Assembly: GCA_030704615.1 (NCBI GenBank)
Contig: CM060733.1
Location: 48,732,001-48,796,000, forward strand
Length of the DNA: 64,000 bases
Direction: 5' to 3'
Source: Takakia lepidozioides
Lineage: Eukaryota; Plantae; Bryophyta
In this document: piece by piece, positions 22,190 through 35,619 of the stretch
Layout of the letters: each line of letters starts with the position of its first letter
Numbering within the stretch: position 1 is the first letter of the stretch
Notes under the pieces: generated by a model
Told to the model about the DNA's origin: nothing
Seen by the model: only the letters and a program-made list of their open reading frames with translations
The model's database searches: none
Made by a program: the position numbers and the translations under genes

Positions 22190-24830
22190 AAATGGCAAAA
22201 GTGGATGGCGGTTAGGATGGTGCAAAACGAAAACTACAAATATTCATAATGACGATGATTTGTTGTTCCGGAGGTCGGTCTGCATTGGTCACATTCGGTG
22301 CCTCAATGGCAATTGTCCAGGGTGGCATGCCCAAAACTCTTCAAATGAGACTAAGTAGGAGGGTGTTGCGGACAATCCTTTCATGCTAGGTCGTGCCCCT
22401 CCAATCAACAACACCTTCGTCTGCATGTATTGCAAGGTCGCCCCATCGTGTGTAGCATTATGCCCTGCCCGTATGTATTATGTGACATACCACTGCAAGA
22501 CGATGACCCGTGCCTACATACATATTGGAACTCATGAGCATCCACTGTCAAAGGGGAATGTAGAGAAAGCATTGACGTTTCAAAGGCCCTTCTGAAGGAG
22601 GAATTCTACAACACTCCTTCTACAAAACCGTTTGCGATTGCGCTTGCCGCCAGCGAAACATTTCTTGTCAAGCACATCCTGGCGGGGGAGGATCAGTCCT
22701 GTGTGAAACTAGACGGGAGTTCGCTTGAGGTAGTGATGGAACACTTCTCCATTCTTAGCTCTCCAAATATCCGAAACCAGGTGAATGCGTTGAGAATGGG
22801 TCTGGGTAAAAGAGGTTGCATGGACAACATTCTGGACCTGAAACGTCGAAGTCGGTACAACTTCATTCAGGATAGTGTCTTCCCAGGACAAGGATCGACC
22901 AAAGTGTACTTGTTCAAAATGTCTACAGTTGCTTAGGGGAGTGGTGTCACCCTTGTCGAGCGTATGCAGCTTGGTGGAGATTTGGCGAAGGCATGGTTGA
23001 TGTTTGACCATTGCAAACGAGTAAAGAATTGGACGACCATGGCATGTCATGTCTACGATCCAGTTTATCAGCGCCTCATGTCCATTGCCATATGTGACAT
23101 GCAGTCTGAGGACACGGAGTCTCAAATGATAATGTGGAACTGCTTGAAATCTGTCATGAGAGCAAATGGTGTTGCAGACACAAATTTCGCAGGGTTCATG
23201 GCTGATAGTGCGCAGGCAAACTGAAATGCGGTTAGGCGAGTTTTCGGTTCGGGGGATCCAAAGGTGCCAATGGCCAACAGGGAGTGCACTTGCCTTTTCC
23301 ACTGGACTCAATCTCTGGAGAAGCACACAAAGAGGTGCATACGACCTGATCTACAAGCGGAGCATAGGAGGTTGTGTCATCTATACAAGAACGCCAAAAC
23401 TCTGGCTGAGGCTGATAGCAGGTACGCCGCGATCAGGGCTTGGTGGGTGTCATCTGGGGCTGCAAGTGAAGACTTCCAGAAAGAATTGGATGACTGGATT
23501 GTCTTCTGGCATTTCCGCTACAGACAATGGGGAGCTTTTCATGACAACGGTGAGCTCTCTTCAACCACATTAAATGATTGTTGTTGTTGCAATTCTTCAC
23601 CTTCTGCTTTTGTGCAGCAGTTCCACTTCCATACATTCATTGTTTGGTGTTGTTTTGCAAGACATGTCACTTGAAGATATGGTGGACATGCCATCCTGCA
23701 ATTTTGCGGAATCGGTACAGAGTGTCTGGAAGGCGCAGTCTGGGAAAACAGGCAGGGATTTGTATGCTGCCACAATGGACAATATGGTTTGAGCACTTTG
23801 CCAACAAACCAGATATCGAGATTTTCTAAGGGGACGGGCAAGAGGGAAAGGCCCATACACCACTGAATTGATGCTGAGGGCCGCCAAGAGATCGGGTGAT
23901 CCGAGTAAGATGGTGCAGGTACTCAACAAGTGCACAGCGGGGTCTCCACTGTAATCAAGGGTTCCTCACTTGGAAGGGGATGAGAGGTTTGGAACATGTA
24001 AACGCAAGCTTGATACCCCTCCAGGTGCAGATGGGGATTCCCATCGCCACGACAGAATGAATTTCTCCGTGCCCTGGGTGTCTCCAATGCATGGAGGTTC
24101 AAGCGGTGAGACATTTGGTGCAGCGTCTTCTTCATGGGAGCCTTCCCATTCGCCTGCCACCTTGGCGGTTCCAGGTGGTTCCTTCGACATGGATCCGCTT
24201 GTGCAGGAGACTGACTGTGATGATAACGACTGGCATATTGAGCGTTCTCCGAGTGGTTCGAAGGTGAAATGTACTGCAATCCGGGCGAAGACTTATGCGA
24301 AATGCAAAATCCAAATCAGCAAAGGCTCTCGTGGAACTCCTGCTCCTGCATTCACAGGTTTGATTAGAGGACCATGGATTCTGACTGGCACGCTGTCCAA
24401 TTCTTCCTGTAACTGGCCCTGCATCCACTTTCACTTCATTTGCAGGGGTCCCACCTTTGGTTGATTCTCACCCCCACCAAAAGGAATGGCAGCGTGTGCA
24501 GTCAAGTGCAGAACACGACTGCAAGGTTGAGTCAGCCAGAATCTTGCAGGCAAGGGTGACATCTACCATGGAAGTCGCCCCCCCGGATTTGGTCGTGTCT
24601 ACACAATGGTCACTTCGGGCTCGCTTCTTCAGGATAAGGCATATCAGGTTACGATTGGCACCTGACGGAATGCACTTGTCCGGATTTTGTTTTCATGCGT
24701 GAGGGCAACCTAGGAAGGAAGGGGAAATGGGTTCCATGCAAGCACCTGTACTACATTTTTGTGCGCAGGATGTGTTGTGACCCCAAAAGTGACCAATACA
24801 TTCACTAGGCCACGCTATCACCTGGTGAAG
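22190..24830 (+). pseudogene. Degenerate Mutator-like DDE transposase with N-terminal GCM/WRKY-like zinc-binding domain and downstream SWIM finger
   Basis: CIGHIRCLNGNC...CMYC...CPARMYYV...HIGTHEHP; WLMFDH, FMADSAQAN, CLFHWTQSL, SCNFAES (D-D-E); YQVTIG..CTCPDF..WVPCKHLYYIF near 24640-24760. Several stops and frameshifts; probable intron near 23550-23661. Confidence 0.75.
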
Positions 24831-25329
24831 TCCGTATTCTTCTGCAACATGACAGGTCCGAGACCGGTTAGGTAGAATCATAGAAAGTGTTTGGTGCAAT
24901 GCCCCTTGGTGCTTGTTTGCATGTGATCTTTGCGCGGAAATTGAGTAACAATGAAGCAAAAACATACTCGTAATTCAGTGCATGTCTTCATTCAATCACT
25001 CACTCCTGTGCCGGTCCTATGCAACTCATGTATTGCATGGTCATCTCCTTTCATTGCATATGCATGGATTGTGCTATCGTACCTGTCGCAAAAGTGCTCC
25101 TGCATTCTCATATTGCGCTGTGCAGTTCAAGATGTTGTCTGTTCCAGCGGGAATAGGCCCCTGTTCCACGGAATAGGTGTTGTTTCTAATAGACCCTAAA
25201 CCCTAGGTTCATGCTTACCAAGCGGTAGCCTAGGCTCACGCTTAATGCCTGAAAACGTGAGCCCAGCTCCCAGGCTCATGGGGCTAGGCTCATGACCTAG
25301 CTGCCTTTGCTGCAGATGGACCCTGGGGA

Positions 25330-26540
25330 ATAGAGATGGTCAGACAGAGCAAAAACCCCTCTCATGGGGTACACTAATGCCAAGACAGGTTATCGAATGT
25401 AATTAGAAAAAGCTGAAATGGAACGCAAAATGGTCCTTCAATCTGCCTACCCCAGGCTGGAATAGTGTGTGGAAGGACATCTGGGCCAAGCACCGCTCGG
25501 CGAAAGTCAGTGCATTCCTATGGAAAGTAGCAAATCACACTGTTACCTGTGGTAGACTCAATTGCAGGCCGGGATCCTTACTGTTTGATATGCAATTGTG
25601 GGGTGAGGGAGACGCTAGAGCATTGCGGCCTGGTGCAATGTCACCTCTCCACAAGAACGTGGAACTATGTGGGAGCCCTTTACTCTAACTGGAATTCGTT
25701 GCCCCCTCTATCTACCCCTCTGTTGCTTCTCAACTTGCACAATGGGACAGCTTGGAACAGATGCCTGATCTGGGCTACCCTCGGAGGTCACGCTCTTTGG
25801 TCAGTGTGGAAGGCTCTTTGTTCCTTAGTGTTCCAGGGGAAGCGCCTCAGCATCGGATCAATACTTGGAAAATTGTATGCTGATTTGATGACTGAGGGGA
25901 GAAAGGTTTGGGTGTCTTTGCTTTCAGCTTCCAGCAGGTACAGTGAAAGGAAGCGGCCCGCGGCTATTGCGGAGTTTGATCTCACATGGGCAAAGGGCAA
26001 CCTCATCTACTCCAGGCTCTCTGAATCCAGGATCATTTGGCACGATGACATCCCCGGGCCCTGGAAAATCGCCGGCTGACTCCGAAGCTCCCGACATCAA
26101 CAGGCGACATCAGAAACAGGGACTCTCCAAGTCTAAAGCGCAGCTAGATTTTGGGGTTTGATTATTTCAAAGCTCATTAGTGTGCAGGATTAACTCTGGC
26201 TGCTTAGCTGCTGATAAGTTTTTCAATTTCATTCTGAGGCACACATAGCTCATTAGTGCTACTAGTTAGACCCTGGCCTGCTTGGCTGATTATGAGCCTC
26301 TTGAGCTTCTTGTTTTGTTTATCCCTTCATACAGTGTTCTCTCTTCTAATTCTCTCCAGGTTATGGCTGGCCTCAGGTCGGCAGTTGCTACATTTCCTTA
26401 GCTTCAGGCATCGGCCTTGCCTAGCCTCATCCTGCTATCCCCCCAAATCCCTGCTTGTTACTGGGATGTGCCCCATGTGATATGCTTTTATGGCCTTTCA
26501 AGGAGGTTATTTTTTCCTCCTCTCTGTTTTTTTTTCACAC
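25330..26540 (+). mobile_element. L1-type LINE 3' fragment (zf-RVT region and 3' UTR)
   Basis: WKDIWAKHRSAKVSAFLWKVANH; CLICNCGVRETLEHC; LWSVWKALCSLVF. Confidence 0.8.
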
Positions 26541-26544
26541 TTTG

Positions 26545-26915
26545 GGGAATATATATATATATTAAGTATCAATGGCAAAAGTACATGGGAATATGTAGGG
26601 GAATATGGATGCATATGTAGTATACTTCTCATTCATGGATGGATAGAAATGTAAAAATGGGAATTTGTAGTAGGGAATAGTGTGAGCTGGAAAAAGAAAC
26701 CCTGGGAATATTAAGTGTCATTGGCAAAAGTACATGGGAATATATAGGTGAATATGGATGAATGTGTAGTATATTTCTCATTCATGGATGGATAGAAATG
26801 TAAAAGTGGGAATTTGTAGTAGGGAATAGTGTGAGTGGGAAAAAGAAAACCTGGGAATATGAAATGTCATTGGTAAGAGTACATGGGAATATGTAGGATA
26901 ATATAATAGAATATA
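26545..26915. repeat. AT-rich tandem repeat, ~149-bp unit, ~2.4 copies, resuming at ~34235-34280 after the LINE
   Basis: Units begin GGGAATAT...GTACATGGGAATAT at about 26545, 26704 and 26853. ATGGATGAATATGTAGTATACTT..CATTCATGGATGGATAGAAAT reappears at 34236. Confidence 0.85.
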
Positions 26916-26924
26916 ATAGATGTG

Positions 26925-29900
26925 AATGTGCCCTACGAGTCATCCCTTTCTGTATAGGCTGGGGGACCGGGGTGTCGCTCCGCAGTTTGCGGTGAGTGAG
27001 CCCAGGGACTTAGCCGCTTTCTCCCCCCCTATCTTCTTAAGCAATGATATGTGTATTCAAGGATGGACTGAGGTACGCCAAGACCCAGCGTTCATCAAAC
27101 TTACGATCATCTGCACTCATCTCTACCTTGCTCTCCCAAGAAACTTCTCACAGAGACGATCATTCATTCATAACCTTCACAAAGCATCCTTCCTTCTCAC
27201 TCTCCACATCTTCGCTTCACTCCACTTAATGGGCCACCCTGCTACTGGCACATTGCCCCCTCTGGTCACTACAACTGACATTGAAGCAGTGATCACAAGA
27301 AAGGGCTACGCATTCCTGCCAAAATTCAAGTTTACAGGTGCGATTAATGAATGACGGCACAAAGGCGAAAGGGCAACAAATGGGGCTGGGCCTGCTGCCA
27401 TCACATGCTCAACACCCTGCTCTGACTCTGAAGAATTCGACAGGGAAGTAACCATAACCCTTTGGGTGATACAAACTACATGCTCACTTCATATCTACCA
27501 CGCACTAGTATCTATTTGTCTCCTCCACCCACACGCTTTTCATTTGCTTCAAGGTATTCCCTCAACATCAACTGAAGTATTATTCTTCTCACTACTTCTC
27601 ACTGCTTCTGCTGCATCCGCAACATCCAACTACCCCCCGATTCTCTTCTCAATTCTAAAATCTACCCTCTCATTCTCACTGTTCCCAGCAGAACGCCAGT
27701 CTGAGTGACCTGCTGACCATCGTCGTTTGGCGGGTTTGTCATGGACTCCAGAGGTGGAAGCTCGAAGCGTGGCAAGCGCAAGGGAACGCCCACTCAAGGA
27801 AGAGGCAAAAAACAGGTCTAGACCAAGAAAAATGCCTTTGAGGCCTCTGGCTCCATCCTTGGAAAAGGCCCGACTCCAAATACCACACTGCCATCCCCCA
27901 GACCAGCTGAGGCGTTATGGGAAGATACAGAGGTACAAGTGGAGACAGAGCAACCTGTTATCGCTTTGAACAAAGACAAGTTGATCGCACAAGCGCAAAA
28001 ACTGACTCAAACAGGAATCCTCATCTACTTCCCTGAGACCCCGCCCTAGAGCTGAGATCAGGCGCTGGATAATCCAACATCTCGGACACCAAGGTGGACT
28101 CGCGCATCATTTCAGCCTCTCCATGGGCCGAGGCTTCTATGCAGTTCTATTCTCCTCCAAATCAGACGTGGACAAAGCGCTGGCATTCAACACACAGCAA
28201 TCCCCAGTCAAGGTCTTCATTTTCCCTTGGACGCATGACTGGGGGCACAGGAAAGGTGTTCATTGGAGACCAAGGGTGATAGCGATACCCTTTCTACCAC
28301 CCACTTACCTCACATCACTCCCTGAAATCGGAGAAAGCTTTGGCACATTCATAGGTGCGATTAACGTTTATGAACCTGTCTCAGTGTGGACACAGAGATG
28401 GTGCAAAGCGATTACAATTCAGATAACGGAGTCCCTAAGCTAGTCGTCCTCATGCCAGATAATGCCAAAATCGGCAGCTCCATCAAGTTACCAACTCTGG
28501 ATGACTCATTCATAGTGGTGGCCATAAAGGAAGAAGTGCTTGCTGTTATCTGTTTTCGGTGCAATGCTGAAGAACATGTCAAGGCAGACTGCCCAGGCGC
28601 AAAAGTCACAAGGAAAGATGAAGGCTCTTCGCAGCCCCTGCAAAGCATCTCAAACCAAGGTCAAAATCTGCAAGTGCCGGAGGCTATGGCAATGGACACC
28701 AACGAATACATCACAGTCAATGACAAGTTGCACACCTCAAAAAAAAGGAGAAGAAGTGCAGAGCTGCCGGCCCCCACCTCGCCCAAAAGACCTTCTGGCT
28801 CTGGCTTCTTCCCAGTAAGAATCATGGAGGCTTGGGCCTCCTTTCCCTTCACAGAATCCGATCTCCAACAGCTGGACAGTGGCAGCCTCGCAATCTCTTT
28901 CCTAGAACTTCACTCCTTCAAATCAAAGTCCCATCCTGGATGGGCACCAGGCTCAAACTACGCGAGGGAGAAGCGGCAATCTGTGTCACCCCACTGCTGT
29001 ACACCTTCATTGATTTTTTCCTCCCAAGTATCAAAGAAGGGTTTCAGACAGCATGGGTTACAGAGGCAATTGCCCTTCAATTTGGAGTAGGAAAGGAAAG
29101 AGATATCACGCTCGCACTCATCTTAGGGGTGCTCCAGGAGTACTTCCCTAATCTAAACCTCACTTTAAATCACATTCAACACATTGGCATCATGGTGGTT
29201 AACAATGACTCTCACCCTGATTTAGCAATTGTCAATGTCATGCCAGTGATCTATAGTAGAAGTCTGGATACCACGGGTGCCCATAACTCGTGGATTTGGG
29301 TGTGCAAGTACTTTCTTTCCTGCAAGGTCAAGGATCCTAATGAATGGGCTCGCAGCAAGCAGATCTTCGAGCAAGGTCTAAAATGGGTGGACGAGCATTT
29401 CGAAATGCAGAAGGAGAAAGGAAAACAGCCCCTACTGCAGCCAAACACAAACAGGGAGCTCATACTGGCGGGGGAAAATCAGTTTAACATCTCCTCCAAT
29501 GCGGTGGCTGACACCTCCATCACCTTCCTGCTACCAGAGGAGACCATCGAATCGCCTCCAATGGTAAGCATGTCCTCCCATGCTTGCTCCCCTCTCTGTT
29601 TCTGTGTCCCTCAGGCTACTGATAGCAAAAGGGTCTGGACCCTCATGCTGGACAGTCATCCAACTCACCAAAAACTCCTGCCAGGCTGGTGGGACTCCAC
29701 AGCACTCCCCTCATCCTCATTGGCACTTCTCTTTTTTTCTCAGATTCTTTCTTGGGACATCTCTGCTACAAACCTCTCCATCCACAAGGACATTGCAAAC
29801 CAATATCTCCCCATCAACTACAATAACAAAAGGAAGAGGTCCAAAACAGTGTACACCTGGAAACTTCCGCACTTGCTTCCCCTCCCCAAAGATTCAAATG

Positions 29901-32900
29901 GCAAAATTTCTTTTCAATCGTCTATGGCCATCAGATCATGCTAACAACATGGGCCTTCCACTCGCCAACTCATGAACCTCTCTCTTTCTTCTTGGAATAT
30001 AAGAGGCATGGGATCTTATCATTCTGCCCCGAAAAGGGCAAGGGTAAGAACTTGGGCCTCAGGATTTATCCGTGGCTTCAATCTCATCTTTCTACAAGAA
30101 CATAAGCTAGACCAAGCTAAAATCACCTCTCTAGGAGCATCCTTTTGGCCCTCTGCCACTGCTTTCTGGAACCCTACAATAATAGACTCGAGATGAGGCA
30201 CCGCAATTTTGCTCTCCCCTTCTCTACAACAAATGCTTGTTTCCAATGACATCTGGATACAAGGAAGAGTCCAGTTTCTAGTTTTGAACCTGGGTCAAAC
30301 CCTAGGTATGGTGGGTGTCATTAACATTTATGCACCAAACGGGAAGAAGAAAGGGTGGCTTTGTGGGATCACATCAGGGACAAGATGATGCAGCACACTA
30401 ACATCCAGCACTGGATAGCGGGGGGAGATTTCAACATGGTGGAGGAGGATACAGACAGGCTGGGACAAGCTGCTCATGGCATGTCGACAGCAGAATAGAA
30501 TTCATGGGACTCACTTTGCATCACTGTGGGCCTGTTGGATGTCATAACGCCAAAACAAAGAGAGCTCAAATTCACATGGACAAACAACAGGGATCCGCCA
30601 AACCTCTGCCAAGCACGTCTGGACAGATTCTACTGTACAGCAACTCTGGCGTCTTGGTCTAAGTGAGTCCCACTCCAGCCCATACAGCCCGGCTTTGATC
30701 ATGCCTCCGTCCACATGATGCTAAGCACCCCAGGCTCCAGAGTGAAGGGTCGGGGCTTCTTCAAACTCAACCCCACATTCCTCAAAGACCAGGAGGTCAT
30801 TCAAACTCTGCAACAGACATGGGCGACTGCGGAGGCACCTTTCACCTCACCAACTGTGCGCTTCCTGACAAAGCTCGAAATACTCAAGAACAAATGCCAG
30901 GCAATCTCCAGGGAAAAAGCAGAGGATTCCAACAGGAGGCAGAAAGCCCTCACGAAGTGCCTGGAGGTTTGCCAGTATCAACTGCAGACTGGACATGAGG
31001 GCCCCTACACAATGTTTTCATACAAAACTGCCGAATAGAATTTGTCCCTACTGTTGCATGCCAAGGAAGAGTTCATGAGGATCAAGGCAGGAGTCAACTG
31101 GTCACTCAAAGGCGAAAAGATGAATAAATACTTCTTCATCAAAACAGCTCAAAGGCGATCTACAACCCTTGTTCCGGCCCTGCGGGATTCAGCTACAGGT
31201 CAGCTGGTGGACAATCCCAGGACAATGGCTTCTGTGGCCGCTGGTTACTTCAAAAATCTCTTTCAAAAACAAAATCCATCTCTCCTAAAAGACCAGGCCA
31301 CAACAACCCTGTTGCAGCACATTCCCTGCGCAATCTCGCAAAGGGACAAAGCAATTTTGGCTGAACCATTCTCCATGGAGGAACTCGGGAAAGCGGTGGA
31401 ATCCATGGCATCCCAGAAATCTCCAGGCCTTGATGGCCTCCCTGTAGAGCTCTTCAAAGCAATGTGGCAGACCCTTGGGGAAGAATACCTGCTCATGGCC
31501 AATGACATCCTTGAAAATAAGATTATGCCATCACAAATTTCTAAAGGACTTGTCACTCTCATTTTCAAGAAGAGAGATAGGGAGGATACGGCCAACTACC
31601 GCCCTATTACTTTGTTGAACACCACCTACAAAATTATAGCAAAGGCCCTTGCATTGAGGCTGCAACCTCTGCAGTCAAAGATGATAAGGGAAAACCAAAC
31701 AGGCTTTCTCAAGGATCGCATGATTCTAGACAACATCCTTCTGGCGCATGAGGCCCTGCGCAGAGCTCAGGTGAACAATCAACCTTTGGCATTTCTTATG
31801 CTAGATTTTGAAAAGGCATTCGACTCCATAGACTGGACATTTCTGATAGGAGCCTTGGAGAAGACAGGGTTTGGGGGCCCCTTTCTTTCCTGCGTTCGGA
31901 TCTTGCTGCACTCGGCCTCCAGCAGAGTGATGGTAAACGGTGTGGTCTCCAAGAGTTTTCCAATCTCCAAATCGGTCAGACAGGGGTGCCCCTTGGCCCC
32001 TTTTCTATTTTTAATAGCTGCAGACTCCTTGGGTCACTTGCTTGACCACCGAGTGGACATCATTGGGCTACACCTGCCAACACTCATACTGGAGATGCTC
32101 AAATTATCTATGTACGCAGATGACACAGTTTTGCTGCTTGATAATTCCACCATAAGCAACATTGATAGAACTCTTCATACTTTGTGCACCTTTTGCCTGG
32201 GTTCCGGGCTGAAAATAAACTAGAAAAAGTCAATAGGGATCCTGTCCCAGCTGCAAGACGGCTCAGGTGTGGCACATTGTCAACCTTGGGGAGCTGACAT
32301 CGGGTTGAGGTGGTTGCAAGAGGGAGAAACGCACACTCTGCTAGGGCATGAGATGGGTTTAAATATGACGCAGCAAAGCAGAATGAAGGAGGTGCTGGCC
32401 AAAAAAAAATAAAAAAGGGCATACTGATGCTCGGCAATGCTCTCAGTTGTAGGGAGGGCCCTTGTAGCCAACCAGATTCTGCAGGCTTCACTGTGGTTCT
32501 TCGCGGCAGTATGGAACCCAGACTCAACGATGCTCAAGGAGATTAAAGCTCTCACCCGAAATTTCATTTGGGGAGCCACCAAAGTCACACAAGTGAGATG
32601 AGCACTACTCTCATGGGATCAACTATGCAAGAAAAAGACCGAGGGTGGTTTGGGAATCATCGATCCTACAGCTCAAATAAAGGCCTTGCTAGCAAAATGG
32701 ATTCCCAGAGCCATCACTCATAGAAACTCCCCTTGGAGTAAGCTAATTCAACCTTACCTGATGGGCTCTGTGCCAAAAACATCCAATCTTTGGGCTCAAT
32801 CGCTTAGATGGATTGTTCAAATCAAAAATGCGGCAGTGGCTCTCGGCTTCAGACCCTAGCAATCTATCTGGAGAGCCTGGCAAAGTATCAGGGGTAACCT

Positions 32901-34216
32901 TACCCAAAGAATGCCAGCCAGCCGGCAGGAATGTCTTCGGCAACCCCTATTCGCAAACTACAACATGGACTCTGCTGAGTTGCTCACGCAAACCCCTCGC
33001 TGGGCTTTCTGGGAGAGACAGGGTTTCACTCACATTGCAACATTGTGCTCAGGGGAAAATTTCCTTACAAAAGAAGCCATATCTGCAATCTTTGGCAGGA
33101 GGAGATCCAGGGCCTGAGGCGCTCTCCTGGCCAATATCCTGCAATACATGACCCCACTGCTGGAGCAGCAAGCTCAGAATTGGATGGCTCCTGTTTGGAT
33201 GGCTTGCAACCGAGGAAATGAAAAGACAGCCATTCTGGTCATAGAAACTCGGGGACCAATCGCATTTGGACTGGGGTTTCACACTGATTGTGAGGGTGAC
33301 CTCTCTTATACTCGAATGATGGAGGTTCCTAAAACAAATTTGTTCCACATACGGGTGCTTGATGGCAAAGGAAATGCAAACCCCTTGCCACCTCAAGGGA
33401 TGGAGGCTCAATGGGCCCGCCATGAAACACTCACCTGGAATCTCACGTGCCCCTTGGAAGATTTGCAGTTCGACCCAAGGGAGTGGAAATGGATGGACAA
33501 GAAGAAAACCCCTTTCTTTGGATACACAGTGAAGAAAGGGTACTCCCTGGCCTGCCCACCACAATCCTTTAGAGCTCTTCCCAGAACTTCAGAGCAACGA
33601 GGGAGGAAGCTGCTTCAAGATTTTGCCGACTCCTGGGGCAAAGGCAACTTGCCCGACACCAGTCTACCCAACATGCGCTTTACCTGGAATCAATCAACCC
33701 CCCCTCAATGGGAGGTCCCCTGGTGATGGAGACGAAGCAGACTTCAATTGGCGGCATAAGAAAAGTCGAGATCCCAAATTTAGAACTCAGCTCAAGTTCT
33801 GACGTGCTGAATCTATCTTCACATTGCCACTGCAGATCTGCTCCAGCTCCTTGTCTTCTCATCTCGTCAACTCCAGATCAGCTCCACACCTCATCTTCGC
33901 ATCATTTTGGTGCTCTTATCTCACGGAATAGCTAGCTACCTCTCCAATCTAAACCATTCTCGGAACAATGCATACTTTGCATAAGATCTTTCTTACTGCT
34001 CTTTCAACCTGCCCTAGAATAGCAAGTTATCTCTCTCGCAACCTCTGCCTTACCAATATTCACTCCCTCCTTATCTACTGTTAGCATGTTTGCTACGGCC
34101 ACAGGGATATTCCCCCTTAGTAAGCCTCCACGGCCTTCTGGGTGGTTATTTTTTCGACCGCTGTGACATCTTCTTTTACTTAATTTGACTCCACAAAAAA
34201 AAAAAAAAAAAAAAAA
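26925..34216 (+). mobile_element. Near full-length L1-clade LINE (ORF1 about 27700-29944; ORF2 29972-33726), degenerate, with poly(A) tail
   Basis: ORF1: MGRGFYAVLF...FPW and CFRCNAEEHVKADC. ORF2 endonuclease: SWNIRGM, FLQEHKL, NIYAPN, GGDFN, ARLDRF. RT: YRPITLLN, LDFEKAFD, RQGCPLAP, YADD. Many stops; A22 at 34195-34216. Confidence 0.92.
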
Positions 34217-35510
34217 TTAATAGATGGATAGAACATGGATGAATATGTAGTATACTTTACATTCATGGATGGATAGAAATATTTATGTATATATATAATT
34301 ATTTTTAGTTGCAAAAGGTTGTATAAAAGGGAGCACACTACGCTTACCCGCCGAGTTGAATGCAAGCGTGGGAGCTTTGCTGGTACGGTCGCCGGGGATA
34401 GCCGTACCAGTACCAGCGACGTTCCGGCAGATCGCACTGTCAAATCCCCACCCCCCCCTTGCTCCCCTCTCACCTGCGAGCCTGTATTTGTAGAATAAAG
34501 CATTAGGAAATCAGTTATATGGCAAGAAGTGGACGGTAGTGTGGTGGCTAGGTGACGTGCGTTATGAAGTTGAGGTCTGAGGTTTAATCCGAGGTACTGA
34601 AGTCACATTGACTGATTGGATGCACATTGGACTGATTAATATAATTTTTCATCTCCAAAATAATCCTAAGTCCAAGATCATGGCTACACTCCCCTGTTCC
34701 CTCTGTCCCCTCATTGTTCCCAGTCCCGCTCCCCTATCCCTGTCCCTTGTCCTCGCTCCCCCCTTCCCGATCTTGCTCCTCTCCTCGCCTCGGTTCCGGT
34801 TCCTGCTCCCCTACTCGCCCTATGGAATGCGGCTCGCTCCCCCGTCCCACTATGAGGAGCAAGGATCTTGGACCGGGAACAGGAGAGTAAAATTGGAGAA
34901 TGTTTGGGAACATGGTCCTAAAAATGGGGAGCGTGAGGAGGGAGCAGAAGGTGTGGATCACTCCCCACCTTTATAGTGGGGAAGAGATTTGACAGGTAGT
35001 CTGCCGGAGCCTCCCACCACCTCACACTACTTGCCTTAAACTCGGAGTCCTTGCCGTATAGAAGTGTAGCTTTAAGATTCTATGAAGAAATTGAATTTCA
35101 TAACTCATGTTGGTTAGTGGCTACAATATGCCGATCTCGATGCAGTGACATCTGCTGAGCATCAGAGAATTGTGAGAGGCACTACGTCCGAATTGACCCT
35201 CCTATACCTTCCCGACCGAGCGTGGACACTAAGCATTGGTGAGAAATGAGGATGTCCTGGGAGAAATTGGCCAGAAATTGGCCAAGTAACGTTTTGAAAG
35301 TATAACTATATGTACAACTTGCAGTAACGCTTGAGGGTTCCAATCTGACTAGATTAAGTGATGGATCCATGATGAACAGATGGTGTGTGCAAGAGAGTTC
35401 TCTTATAAAGCAATCTGTGCAGGATTAGAGAACTAATCTTGCAGAACCGTATCCGTGTAAGTTATGAAATTATGATCCTAAAAGTCTCTTGTAGAGCTTG
35501 GGAACTACAC

Positions 35511-35615
35511 CTCATCAGCAGGGAGTGCATGAGTGAGATCTTGTTTGTTGGCCAATACCAGGAGTGGCACATTTGCCATCTTCTCTTCCTCCAGCAATTG
35601 GCTTAGTTCATCACC
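35511..35615 (-). pseudogene. Isolated partial exon of an ARF-like small GTPase, most like ciliary ARL3
   Basis: GDELSQLLEEEKMANVPLLVLANKQDLTHALPADE followed by a GT donor; G4 NKQD motif. No G1-G3 exons seen. Confidence 0.75.
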
Positions 35616-35619
35616 TCCC

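Noticed and set aside
34683-35070. MITE bounded by GCTACACT/AGTGTAGC
   Set aside because: Only an 8-bp inverted match and no convincing TSD.
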